Assembly: GCA_963666565.1 (NCBI GenBank)
Contig: OY762911.1
Coordinates: forward strand, 1,280,001-1,344,000
DNA: 64,000 nucleotides
Reading direction: 5' to 3'
Origin: Thermoanaerobaculia bacterium
GTDB taxonomy: Bacteria; Acidobacteriota; Thermoanaerobaculia; Multivoradales; Multivoraceae
Position 1 is the first letter of the stretch; every line of letters starts with the position of its first letter. Below are positions 18,045 through 27,142 of the stretch, piece by piece. The notes under the pieces are model-generated. The model ran no database searches. It was not told the DNA's origin and was given only the letters and a program-made list of their open reading frames with translations. A program made the position numbers and the translations under genes.

Positions 18045-19088
18045 GTGATTCGAACTGCGATCGCCGGGGCGTCCGGCTACAGTGGAGCGGAACTCGTCCG
18101 GTGGCTGCACGGCCACCCGGAGGTGGAGCTTGGCGCGCTCGCGGCGGGCCGCCAGGCCGGCCGCCCCGCCAGCGACGTCTTCCCGCACCTCGGCGCCGCC
18201 GTCGCCGCCGACCTGGTGGCGGCGGACTGGGATCGCCTGGGCGACGCCGCCGACGTCGTCTTCCTGGCCCTGCCGCACGGCGAGGCGCTCGGCGCGGCGG
18301 GCCGGCTGCTGGAGGCGGGCGCGCGCGTCATCGACATCGGCGCCGACTTCCGGCTCCGCAGCCCGGCGGCCTACCGGCGCTGGTACGGCGGCGAACACAC
18401 GGCGACGGATCTCCTCGTCGAAGCGGTGTACGGCCTGACGGAGTGGCGCCGCTCCGCCGTCGCCGGCGCGCGCCTGGTCGCGAATCCGGGCTGCTATCCG
18501 ACCGCCTCGGCCCTGGCGCTCAAGCCGCTGTTCGAGCGGTTCGGCGACCGGGTTGCCGGCGCGGTGGTGATCGACGCGAAGTCCGGCGTCTCCGGCGCGG
18601 GCAGGAACCCGCGCGACGGCTACCAGTACTCGGAGCTGAACGAGAACCTGAAGCCCTACGGCTCGGGCGTCCATCGCCACCAGCCCGAGATCGAGCAGGA
18701 GCTGGCTGCCGGCGGCGGAGAAACACCGCGGGTCTTCTTCTCGCCCCACCTCGTGCCGATGACCCGCGGCATCCTCGCCGCCTGCTACGTGCCGATGACC
18801 GGGCCGCCGAGCCGCGACGAGCTCGAAGCGGCCTACCTCGATCGCTATGCCAGCGAACCCTTCGTGCGGGTGCTGACCGGTTCGGCGCTGCCCCAGACGA
18901 AGGCCACCCTGGGCGCCAACTACTGCGACCTCGCCGTCCGCGTCGATGCCGAACGCGGGCTCGCGATCGTGTTCGCGGCGCTCGACAACCTCGTCAAGGG
19001 AGCCGCCGGCCAGGCGGTGCAGAACATGAACGTGATGTTCAATCTCGAAGAAACGACAGGCCTCTCGGCCGTGCCGGTGTTCCCGTGA
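18045..19088 (+). CDS. argC: N-acetyl-gamma-glutamyl-phosphate reductase
   Basis: GASGYSG, ANPGCYPT, SGVSGAG, DNLVKGAAGQA. Confidence 0.95.
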   Translation: MIRTAIAGASGYSGAELVRWLHGHPEVELGALAAGRQAGRPASDVFPHLGAAVAADLVAADWDRLGDAADVVFLALPHGEALGAAGRLLEAGARVIDIGADFRLRSPAAYRRWYGGEHTATDLLVEAVYGLTEWRRSAVAGARLVANPGCYPTASALALKPLFERFGDRVAGAVVIDAKSGVSGAGRNPRDGYQYSELNENLKPYGSGVHRHQPEIEQELAAGGGETPRVFFSPHLVPMTRGILAACYVPMTGPPSRDELEAAYLDRYASEPFVRVLTGSALPQTKATLGANYCDLAVRVDAERGLAIVFAALDNLVKGAAGQAVQNMNVMFNLEETTGLSAVPVFP

Positions 19089-20287
19089 GCTGCGGCGTCA
19101 CCGCCCCGCGGGGGTTCGTCGCCGCGGGCGTCCATTGCGGCCTGAAGAAGAGGCGGCTCGACCTCTCGATCGTGGCCTCGACCGCCAGCGAACCGTCGGC
19201 CATGGCGGCCGTGTTCACGCGCAACCAGGTCCAGGCGGCGCCCCTGCTGTACTGCCGCGAGGTGGCGGCCGGCGGCCGGGCGCGTGCGATCGTGGCGAAC
19301 AGCGGCAACGCGAACGCCTGCACCGGCGAGCCGGGCCTGGCCGACGCGCGCGCGATGGCGGAGCGCGCCGGCGCGGCCCTCGGCATGGACCCGGCACACG
19401 TCCTCGTGGCCTCGACCGGCGTGATCGGCGTCCCCCTGCCGATGCCGACCGTCCTCGCCGGCATCGACCGGGCGGCGGCCGAACTCGGGACCGGCGGCGG
19501 CGTGGCGGCGGCCGAGGGAATCCTGACGACGGACACCCGGCCGAAGATCAAGGTCGAGAAGGTCGTCCTCGCCGGCGGCGAGGTGACGATCGGCGGCATC
19601 GCCAAGGGCGCCGGGATGATGGCGCCGGACCTGGCGACCACGCTCGCCTTCGTCACCACGGACGCGAAGGCCTCGCCGGAGGCGCTCGACCGGGCGCTGC
19701 GGACGGCGGTGGAGCCGACCTTCAACAGCGTCACCGTCGACGGCGACACGAGCACGAACGACTGCGTCCTGATGCTCGCCAACGGCGCCGCCGGCGTCGA
19801 GGCGGAGTCCGCGGACGACCTGGACCGCTTCACCGCCGGGCTGCAGCGCGTCCTCGGCCGGCTCGCGGTCGCTCTGGTCGCCGACGCGGAGGGCGCGAAC
19901 CGCGTGATCGAGGTTCGGGTGAAGGGCGCCCGCACCGACGCGGCGGCCCGGCAGGTCGCGAACACGATCGCCAACTCGCCCCTGGTCAAGACGGCCTACC
20001 GCTCCGGCCAGCCGAACTGGGGCCGGTTCATGGGGGCGATCGGCCGCGCGGGAGTCGACATCGTCGAACAGCGGATCGGCATCTCCGTGCTGGCCGAGGG
20101 TGAGCGGGTCGAGGTGGTGCGCGGCGGCCTGGGCGCGTCCGACAACCTCGAGGGTCTGGCGCGGACGATGCTCGCGGACCACACGGTGCTCGAGGTCGAT
20201 CTCGGCCTCGGCGCCGGCCGCTGGACGGTCTGGACCTGCGACCTGTCCGAGGGCTACATCGAGATCAACGCCAGCTACATCAGTTGA
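19085..20287 (+). CDS. argJ: Ornithine acetyltransferase ArgJ
   Basis: NSGNANACTG, STGVIG, KGAGM..PDLATTL, DGDTSTND, WTCDLS. Confidence 0.95.
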   Translation: MSCGVTAPRGFVAAGVHCGLKKRRLDLSIVASTASEPSAMAAVFTRNQVQAAPLLYCREVAAGGRARAIVANSGNANACTGEPGLADARAMAERAGAALGMDPAHVLVASTGVIGVPLPMPTVLAGIDRAAAELGTGGGVAAAEGILTTDTRPKIKVEKVVLAGGEVTIGGIAKGAGMMAPDLATTLAFVTTDAKASPEALDRALRTAVEPTFNSVTVDGDTSTNDCVLMLANGAAGVEAESADDLDRFTAGLQRVLGRLAVALVADAEGANRVIEVRVKGARTDAAARQVANTIANSPLVKTAYRSGQPNWGRFMGAIGRAGVDIVEQRIGISVLAEGERVEVVRGGLGASDNLEGLARTMLADHTVLEVDLGLGAGRWTVWTCDLSEGYIEINASYIS

Positions 20288-20303
20288 GAGGACGAAGCGG
20301 ACG

Positions 20304-21173
20304 ATGAAGACGGACCGGGACCTCGGCCAGGAGATGGCGGCGGCGCTGCGCTACGCCTCGGCGTGGCGCGGCAAGCGCGTCGTCGTCAAGTACGGCGGCC
20401 GGGCGATGGCGGGCGACGAGTTCGGCACCCTGATCGAGGACCTGGTGCTGCTGCGGAACGCCGGCTTGCGGCCGATGCTGGTCCACGGCGGCGGCGCCGA
20501 GATCTCGACGACTCTCCAGACGATGGGGATTACGCCGCGCTTCGTCGACGGCCTGCGGGTGACCGACAGGGACACGATGCGGGTGGTCGAGATGGTCCTC
20601 GGCGGTTCCGTGAACAAGCGGCTGGTGGGAATGATCCAGCGCGCCGGCGGCCGCGCCGTCGGCCTGACCGGCAAGGACGGCGACCTGCTCCGGGTGCGGC
20701 CCCACCCGAAGGCGGACGAGCTCGGCTTCGTCGGCGAGATCGAGAAGGTCGACACGTCGCTGCTGGACCAGCTCGCGAACGCCGGCTACGTGCCGGTGAT
20801 CGGCTCGCTCGGCGTCGGCCCGGGCGGCGACACCTACAACGTCAACGCCGACACGGCCGCGGCGGCGCTGGCCGCGGAGGTGGCGGCCGAGAAGCTGCTG
20901 TTGCTGACCGACGTGCGCGGGATCAGCGACAACGGCAGGTTCCGGTCGCGGCTGACCCCGGCCGAGGCGCTGCAACTGATCGACTCCGGCGTCGTCTCCG
21001 CCGGAATGGTGCCGAAGGTGCGGGCGTGCCTCAGCGCGCTCGAAGCCGGAGTCGGCAGCGCGCACATCGTCGCCGCGGGCGAGCCGCACGGTCTGCTGGT
21101 CGAGCTCTTCACCGAGGGCGGCATCGGCACGATGATCAAGCAACCTCCAACCCAGGGAGCAACCCGGCCATGA
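20304..21173 (+). CDS. argB: Acetylglutamate kinase
   Basis: VVKYGG, VHGGG, GLRVTD, NVNAD, GMVPK. Confidence 0.95.
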   Translation: MKTDRDLGQEMAAALRYASAWRGKRVVVKYGGRAMAGDEFGTLIEDLVLLRNAGLRPMLVHGGGAEISTTLQTMGITPRFVDGLRVTDRDTMRVVEMVLGGSVNKRLVGMIQRAGGRAVGLTGKDGDLLRVRPHPKADELGFVGEIEKVDTSLLDQLANAGYVPVIGSLGVGPGGDTYNVNADTAAAALAAEVAAEKLLLLTDVRGISDNGRFRSRLTPAEALQLIDSGVVSAGMVPKVRACLSALEAGVGSAHIVAAGEPHGLLVELFTEGGIGTMIKQPPTQGATRP

Positions 21174-22348
21174 CCGAAGAGAGCCTGTTCGCGAACTACA
21201 TGCGGGCGCCGGTGGCGTTCAGCCACGGCGACGGCGCGCGCCTCTGGGACACGAAGGGCCGCGAAGTCCTGGACTTCATGGGCGGCATCGCGGTGTCGTC
21301 CCTGGGTCACAACCACCCGGCGCTGACCGACGCGATCAAGCGTCAGGCGGGCCGTTACCTGCACGTCTCGAACCTCTACCGGATTCCGGAGCAGGAACGG
21401 GCGGGCCGGCGCCTGGTGGAGGCGACGGGCGGCCTGCTCGACCGCGCCTTCTTCTGCAACAGTGGCGCGGAGGCCGTCGAGGCGGCGATCAAGTTGGCGC
21501 GCCGCCACGCGTACGACCGCGACGGCTCGGGCGAACGGCACAAGATCGTGACCGCCGAGGGCGGCTTTCACGGCCGCACGCTCGGGGCGCTCGCGGCGAC
21601 CGGCACGCCCGCCTACCAGGTCGGCTTCGAGCCGTTGCCCGGGGGTTTCGCCGCCGTTCCGTTCGGCGACCTGGAGGCTGCCGTGGCCGAGATCGACGAC
21701 GCGACCTGCGCCGTGCTCGTCGAGCCGATCCAGGGCGAGGCCGGCGTGATCGAACCGCCGGACGGCTACCTCGAGGGACTACAGGCGCTCTGCCGCGAGC
21801 GCGGCGCCCTGTTCGTGCTGGACGAAGTGCAGACCGGCATCGGCCGCCTCGGCAGCGCTTTCGGCTTCCAGCACTACGGCCTCGAACCGGACGCGATCAC
21901 CCTCGCCAAGGGCCTGGGCGGCGGCGTGCCGGTGGGCGCGGTGCTGGCGCGGGAAGAGGTCGCGGCGGCGTTCGTGCCCGGCACTCACGGCACCACCTTC
22001 GGCGGCAATCCGCTGGCCTGCGCGGCGGCGAGCGCCGTGCTCGACACGGTGCTCGACACGGGCTTCCTGGAGCGCGTGACGCGGGCGGGCGAGTACCTGC
22101 GCGCGTTGCTCGGACAGCTCGGCGCCGGCGGGCTGGTCACGGAGGTGCGCGGCCAGGGCCTGATGGTCGCGATCGAGTGTACGCCGCCGGCGGCCGATGT
22201 CGCCTCCCGCTGCCTGGAGAACGGCCTGATCGTCCAGGCGCCGCGGCCGCACAGCATCCGCATGCTGCCGCCGCTGGTGGTCCACGACCCGGAGATCGAG
22301 CGGGCGGTCGGGATCCTCGGCCACGCGCTGGAGGAGGCCGCGGCCTGA
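21170..22348 (+). CDS. argD: Acetylornithine aminotransferase
   Basis: NSGAEA, FHGRT, EPIQGE, DEVQTG, AKGLGGG, HGTTFGGNPL. Confidence 0.95.
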   Translation: MTEESLFANYMRAPVAFSHGDGARLWDTKGREVLDFMGGIAVSSLGHNHPALTDAIKRQAGRYLHVSNLYRIPEQERAGRRLVEATGGLLDRAFFCNSGAEAVEAAIKLARRHAYDRDGSGERHKIVTAEGGFHGRTLGALAATGTPAYQVGFEPLPGGFAAVPFGDLEAAVAEIDDATCAVLVEPIQGEAGVIEPPDGYLEGLQALCRERGALFVLDEVQTGIGRLGSAFGFQHYGLEPDAITLAKGLGGGVPVGAVLAREEVAAAFVPGTHGTTFGGNPLACAAASAVLDTVLDTGFLERVTRAGEYLRALLGQLGAGGLVTEVRGQGLMVAIECTPPAADVASRCLENGLIVQAPRPHSIRMLPPLVVHDPEIERAVGILGHALEEAAA

Positions 22349-22448
22349 GCCCGGCGAGGGTGCGACGGAGAACGGCGAAGGACGGCGAACGACAGCGGAG
22401 GAAGGCGGCCGGGAAGGCGACGGGCCGGACTCGCGACCAGGAGCACGG

Positions 22449-23963
22449 ATGTCGGACACGAAACACGATCGGCCGGAAGCAGGCGGGGGTTCCGCGTCGG
22501 CGGGCCGGCTCTGGGGCGGGGCGTTCGCGTCGGAGGTCGACCCGGTCGTCGACGCCTACACGCGGTCGCTGCCGTTCGACCGCCGGCTCGCGGCCGCGGA
22601 CCTCGTCGGCTCGCTGGCGCATGCCCGGATGCTGTTCGAGACCGGGGTGGTCGACCGGGAGTCGTCCGCGGCCATCCTCGCCGGCCTGAGTTCCATTCTC
22701 CGACGGGTCGAGGCGGGCGAGCTTGCGGTTGGCGGCGCGGACGAGGACGTCCACACCTGGATCGAGCGTCAACTCACCGAGGAGATCGGCGACGCCGGGC
22801 GGCGCCTGCACACCGCCCGCAGCCGCAACGACCAGACGGCGGCGGCCTTCCGGCTGTGGCAGCGGGCGGAGGCGGAGCGCGCGGTCGGCGCCGCCCTGGG
22901 GCTGGTCGAGGCCCTGCTCGCCCAGGCGCGGGAGCACGTGGAGACCGCGCTTCCGGGCTACACCCACATGCAGCGGGCGCAGCCGACGACGCTGGCGCAG
23001 CACCTGCTGGCCCATGCCTGGTCCGTCCTGGCCGACGCGGGAAGGCTGCGGCGGGCGCACCGGTCGGCGGGCCTGAGTCCGCTCGGCGCCGGGGCGATGG
23101 CCGGATCGCCGCACCGGATCGACCCGGTCCGCAGCGCCGAACTGCTCGGCATGGACGCCGCCTACCCGAACAGCATGTGGGCGGTGGCCGACCGCGACTA
23201 CGTCGCCGAGGCGCTCTTCGCCTGCGCGCTCGCGATGGTCCACCTGTCGCGCTGGGCCGAGGAGGTGGTGCTCTGGACCTCGAGCGAGTTCGGCTTCGCG
23301 CGGCTGCAGGACCGGGCCGCCAAGGGCTCGAGCATCATGCCGCAGAAGAAGAACCCGGAGCCGGCGGAGATCCTGCGCGGCAAGTCGGGCCGCGCGGTCG
23401 GCGACCTGGTGTCGCTGCTGGTGACGGTCAAGGGCCTGCCGCTGACCTACAACAGCGACCTGCAGGAGGACAAGGAGGCGCTGTTCGACGCCTTCGACAC
23501 GGCGACCGCTTCGTTCGAGGTGGCGCGGGTGCTGGGCGAGAGCCTGGAGTTCGACCGCGAGGCGATGGCGGCGGCGCTGGAGGGCGCCTACATCACCGCC
23601 ACCGACCTGGCCGATCTGCTGGCGGCCGCCGGGGTGCCGTTCCGCAGCGCCCACGAGCGGACCGGCGCGGTGGTCCGGGCGGCCGGCGAACGGGGCGTCG
23701 AGCTGTGGCAGCTTGCGGCGTCGGATCTGGAGGAACTCGTGCCGGAGATCGAGGACCGGGAGAGTCTGCTGGCCGCGCTGCGCCCGGAAGCGTCGCTGGC
23801 GGCTCACCGGAGCTACGGCGGCCCGGCGCCGGAGCGGGTCCGCGAGCAGATCGAGGAGATCGGCGAGCGGCTCGCGGCCGAACGGCGATGGCTGGAGGCG
23901 CAGGAACCGCCGCCCATCTACCGGGTCCACCTGAAGGGCGAACTGCTGCGGGACGTTCCGTGA
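22449..23963 (+). CDS. argH: Argininosuccinate lyase
   Basis: LWGG, HTARSRNDQ, GYTHMQRAQP, GSSIMPQKKNP, YNSDLQEDK. Confidence 0.97.
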   Translation: MSDTKHDRPEAGGGSASAGRLWGGAFASEVDPVVDAYTRSLPFDRRLAAADLVGSLAHARMLFETGVVDRESSAAILAGLSSILRRVEAGELAVGGADEDVHTWIERQLTEEIGDAGRRLHTARSRNDQTAAAFRLWQRAEAERAVGAALGLVEALLAQAREHVETALPGYTHMQRAQPTTLAQHLLAHAWSVLADAGRLRRAHRSAGLSPLGAGAMAGSPHRIDPVRSAELLGMDAAYPNSMWAVADRDYVAEALFACALAMVHLSRWAEEVVLWTSSEFGFARLQDRAAKGSSIMPQKKNPEPAEILRGKSGRAVGDLVSLLVTVKGLPLTYNSDLQEDKEALFDAFDTATASFEVARVLGESLEFDREAMAAALEGAYITATDLADLLAAAGVPFRSAHERTGAVVRAAGERGVELWQLAASDLEELVPEIEDRESLLAALRPEASLAAHRSYGGPAPERVREQIEEIGERLAAERRWLEAQEPPPIYRVHLKGELLRDVP

Positions 23964-24409
23964 GCACGGCGACCCGGCAGGGCGCCATCCTCGACATCAT
24001 CGGCCGGCGGCCGGTGTCGAGCCAGCAGGAGTTGGTGCGCGCCCTCGACCGGCGCGGCTTCCAGGTGTCCCAGGCCACCGTGTCGCGCGACGTGCGCCGG
24101 CTCGGCCTGTTGAAGGTGCCCCTGGCGGGCGGCGGCGCCCGTTACGCGCCGGCGGACCAGGCCTCCGGCCCGGTCCGCCACGACGTCGAGCGCGCCATGC
24201 GGCAGTTCGTCACCGGCGTCGGCGAAGGCGAGGCGCTCCTCGTCCTGAAGACCCGCAGCGGCAACGCGAACGCCCTCGCCGTCGTGATCGACCGGGCCGA
24301 CTGGCCCGAAGTCGCCGGCACCATCGCCGGCGACGACACGGTCCTCCTGGTGCTGCGGAGCGTCACCGCACGAGACCGCATCCGCGAGTCCCTCGCGGCA
24401 CTGCTCTGA
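23960..24409 (+). CDS. argR: Arginine repressor
   Basis: SQQEL, SQATVSRD, GTIAGDDT. Confidence 0.95.
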   Translation: MSTATRQGAILDIIGRRPVSSQQELVRALDRRGFQVSQATVSRDVRRLGLLKVPLAGGGARYAPADQASGPVRHDVERAMRQFVTGVGEGEALLVLKTRSGNANALAVVIDRADWPEVAGTIAGDDTVLLVLRSVTARDRIRESLAALL

Positions 24410-24412
24410 CCG

Positions 24413-24655
24413 GGCGCATGCGATCCTCCGACCCGCCGCTGGGTGCGCGGGTCTTCCGACCCGCCGCTGGATGCGCGGGTCTTCCGACCCGCCGCTGGGT
24501 GCGCGGGTCTTCCGACCCGCCGCTGGGTGCGCGGGTCTTCTGACCCGCCGCTGGGTGCGCGGGTCTTCCGACCCGCCGCTGGGTGCGCGGGTCTTCTGAC
24601 CCGCCGCCGCCGAAGGCGGCTACCAGCAACACGCGCCGGCCGTCAGGCCGGCCCC
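24413..24655 (+). repeat. Tandem array of a 28-bp REP hairpin unit (6 near-perfect + 1 degenerate) followed by hairpins 2 and 3
   Basis: Unit GGGTGCGCGGGTCTTCCGACCCGCCGCT at 24441, 24469, 24497, 24525, 24553, 24581; no spacers. Confidence 0.95.
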
Positions 24656-25278
24656 GCTCCCACGCCGCGCCGCACCTGCCAAGCCTGCCGCGTCTCCTGC
24701 GACGAGAACCGCTGCTCCGCCCACGGATCGCCATACGTGTGGTACCCGTTCCGCTCCCAGAACCCCCGCTCGTCCGCTTTCAGGAACTCGATCCCCGAAA
24801 CCCACTTCGCGCTCTTCCAAGCGTAGAGATGGGGCACCACCAGCCGAAGCGGCCCGCCATGGTCCGGCGCCAACGGCTCGCCCCCGTGACGGTCGGCGAA
24901 GAGCGCGTGCTCAGAGAGCAGATCGGCCATCGGCAGGTTCGTCGTGTAGCCGCCGTAGCAGTGGATCATCGCGTGCGTGGCGCCGGCTTGCGGCGCGACC
25001 GCGCCCAGCACGTCCCGCGTCGCGAACCCCGACCACGCATTGTCCAACGTCGAGAAGCGGGTGACGCAGTGGAAGTCGGCCGTCACCTCGCGCCGCGGCA
25101 GGGCCTGAAGCGCCCGCCAGTCGAACGCGTGCTCGGCCTCGACGCGGCCGAAGAGCCGGAGCTCGAACCCGGCCAGGTCGACCTTCGGCGTGTCGCCGAC
25201 GGACAACACGGGCCACTTCTTCGTGACGTACTGGCCCGGCGGCACCCGGTCGTCGCCACGGTGCGGCGCGTCGTTCAT
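24643..25278 (-). CDS. Sulfite oxidase-like molybdopterin oxidoreductase (YuiH-like)
   Basis: RVPPGQ, DFHCVT, YTTNLP, HGGPLRL, YAWKSAKW, GFWERNGYH. Confidence 0.9.
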   Translation of the reverse strand: MNDAPHRGDDRVPPGQYVTKKWPVLSVGDTPKVDLAGFELRLFGRVEAEHAFDWRALQALPRREVTADFHCVTRFSTLDNAWSGFATRDVLGAVAPQAGATHAMIHCYGGYTTNLPMADLLSEHALFADRHGGEPLAPDHGGPLRLVVPHLYAWKSAKWVSGIEFLKADERGFWERNGYHTYGDPWAEQRFSSQETRQAWQVRRGVGAGPA

Positions 25279-25554
25279 CGCGGGGGAGGATACATGCCAG
25301 GAAGTGCGGGGGCGCCGAGTCCGTCCTGCAACGCATGTGGCGCGAGTTCGCGCCGCACGCGAACCGCTCCGTGCGCCCGTTCTTTGGCGTGTGGGCGGAG
25401 CGCGGGCGTTCGGCCCGCCAGCGGCGCGCAACGCCGGCCCGGCGATGCTGGGACGCGGCCCTGCAGCGGCGCGGTTGTCAAATGTGAGCGTTCTGGTCAA
25501 CAATTCCCGGTCGCCGCGCCGCGGCTCGCCCGAGCCGCCTGCCGGAGTCCCCCG

Positions 25555-26562
25555 ATGATCGCCGAATCCGCTTCCACCGAGCACGCCGCGGCCGCCGTCG
25601 AGTTGGCCGGCCCGCCGATCCCGGACGGGCTCGGCGATGGCGCCCGCCGGCTGCTGTCGCGGATCGGCAACACGCCCCTGCTCGACCTCAGCCACGTCCT
25701 TGGACCGGCCGCGCGGGAACTCGGATCGGAGCTCCTCGCCAAGGCGGAGATGGCGAACCCGGGCGGCTCGGTCAAGGACCGACCGGCGCGCCACATGATG
25801 CTGGCTGCGCGAGACGCCGGCCGGCTCGACGGCGGCCGCCGCGTCCTGGACGCGACCTCGGGCAACACCGGCATCGCGCTCGCGATGATCGGCGCGGCGA
25901 TGGACGTCGGCGTGACGCTCTGCCTGCCGGAGAACGCCTCGATCGAACGGCGCCGCATCCTCGGCGCGTTCGGCGCCGAACTCGTGCTTACCGATCCGAT
26001 GGAAGGCTCCGACGGTGCCATCCGCGAGGCGCGCCGGATGATCGCGGCGGATCCGGACGCGTTCTGCTACGTCGACCAGTACGGCAACGTCGCCAACTGG
26101 CGGGCCCACTTCGAGACGACCGGCCCCGAGATCCGGATGCAGACGGAGGGCCGGCTCACTCACTTCGTCGCGGGTCTCGGCACCAGCGGCACCTTCTGCG
26201 GCACGGCGCGGTACCTGGCCGAGGGCGCGCCGGGGGTCCGGCTGGTCTCCATGCAGCCGGACGGTCCCTTCCACGGGCTGGAGGGCATGAAGCACATGCC
26301 GAGCGCCCTGGTGCCGGCCATCTACGACCCCTCGATCGCCCACGAGGAGACGGCGGTAAGCACCGAGGACGCCTACGCCGAGGTCAAGGCGCTGGCACGC
26401 CGGAGCGGCCTTCTGGTCGGCATCTCGGCGGCCGCCAACGTGGTCGCCGCGCGGCGGATCGCCGAGCGCGCCGCCGAGGCCGGTGAGCGCGCCGTGGCGG
26501 TCACCATCCTCTGCGACGGCGCCGACAAGTACCTGTCCGAACCGTTCTGGGACGAGGACTGA
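25555..26562 (+). CDS. cysM: PLP-dependent cysteine synthase (CysM type)
   Basis: IGNTPL, NPGGSVKDR, ATSGNTG, GLGTSGT, KYLS; next to a Mec gene. Confidence 0.85.
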   Translation: MIAESASTEHAAAAVELAGPPIPDGLGDGARRLLSRIGNTPLLDLSHVLGPAARELGSELLAKAEMANPGGSVKDRPARHMMLAARDAGRLDGGRRVLDATSGNTGIALAMIGAAMDVGVTLCLPENASIERRRILGAFGAELVLTDPMEGSDGAIREARRMIAADPDAFCYVDQYGNVANWRAHFETTGPEIRMQTEGRLTHFVAGLGTSGTFCGTARYLAEGAPGVRLVSMQPDGPFHGLEGMKHMPSALVPAIYDPSIAHEETAVSTEDAYAEVKALARRSGLLVGISAAANVVAARRIAERAAEAGERAVAVTILCDGADKYLSEPFWDED

Positions 26563-26568
26563 CCGGCC

Positions 26569-27027
26569 ATGATCGAACTGTCCCCAGCCGATCTGGCCCG
26601 CATCCGCGCGCATGGAGAGTCGACGTACCCGGAGGAGTGCTGCGGCATCCTGGTCGGCAGCGTCGAGCGGACTGCCGGCGAGAACGGCGCGGCACTGGCC
26701 CGGGTCGTGCGCCTGGTCGGCGCCGAGAACGAACGGGAGGACGAGAGCCGCCACAACCGCTACCTGATCCCGCCCGAGGTCATCCTGCGGACCGAGCGGG
26801 AGGCGCGCGCGGACGGCCTCGACGTGGTCGGCTACTACCACTCGCACCCGGATCACCCGTCGCGCCCCAGCGACTTCGACCGGGACCACGCCTGGCCGGG
26901 CTACAGTTACCTGATCGTCTCGGTGCGCGAGGGCCGCGCCAGGGACGAGCGGAGTTGGCGGCTCAGCAACGACCGTTCCCGCTTCGACGAGGAACCGATC
27001 CGTTGCCTGGAGAGGGTCGCCGACTGA
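26569..27027 (+). CDS. mec: JAB/MPN+ (M67) metalloprotease, Mec-like
   Basis: YPEECCG and YHSHP....PS..D JAMM motif. Confidence 0.9.
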   Translation: MIELSPADLARIRAHGESTYPEECCGILVGSVERTAGENGAALARVVRLVGAENEREDESRHNRYLIPPEVILRTEREARADGLDVVGYYHSHPDHPSRPSDFDRDHAWPGYSYLIVSVREGRARDERSWRLSNDRSRFDEEPIRCLERVAD

Positions 27028-27142
27028 CCGGGATGCGGCTGCCCGTCGCGCCCGCGCTTGGGCCTCTCGGCCGGAAGCCCCCGGAACCTGCCAGAATCGC
27101 GCACGACAACGACCGAACCCAAGCGCCCCACGGAGAATCCCG

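Noticed and set aside
24441-24608. CRISPR array
   Set aside because: The 28-bp units are head-to-tail with no unique spacers, no cas genes are present, and the same unit occurs dispersed as a REP
25470-25510. Rrf2/CymR-type operator upstream of cysM
   Set aside because: AT-rich, but the dyad symmetry is too weak to call
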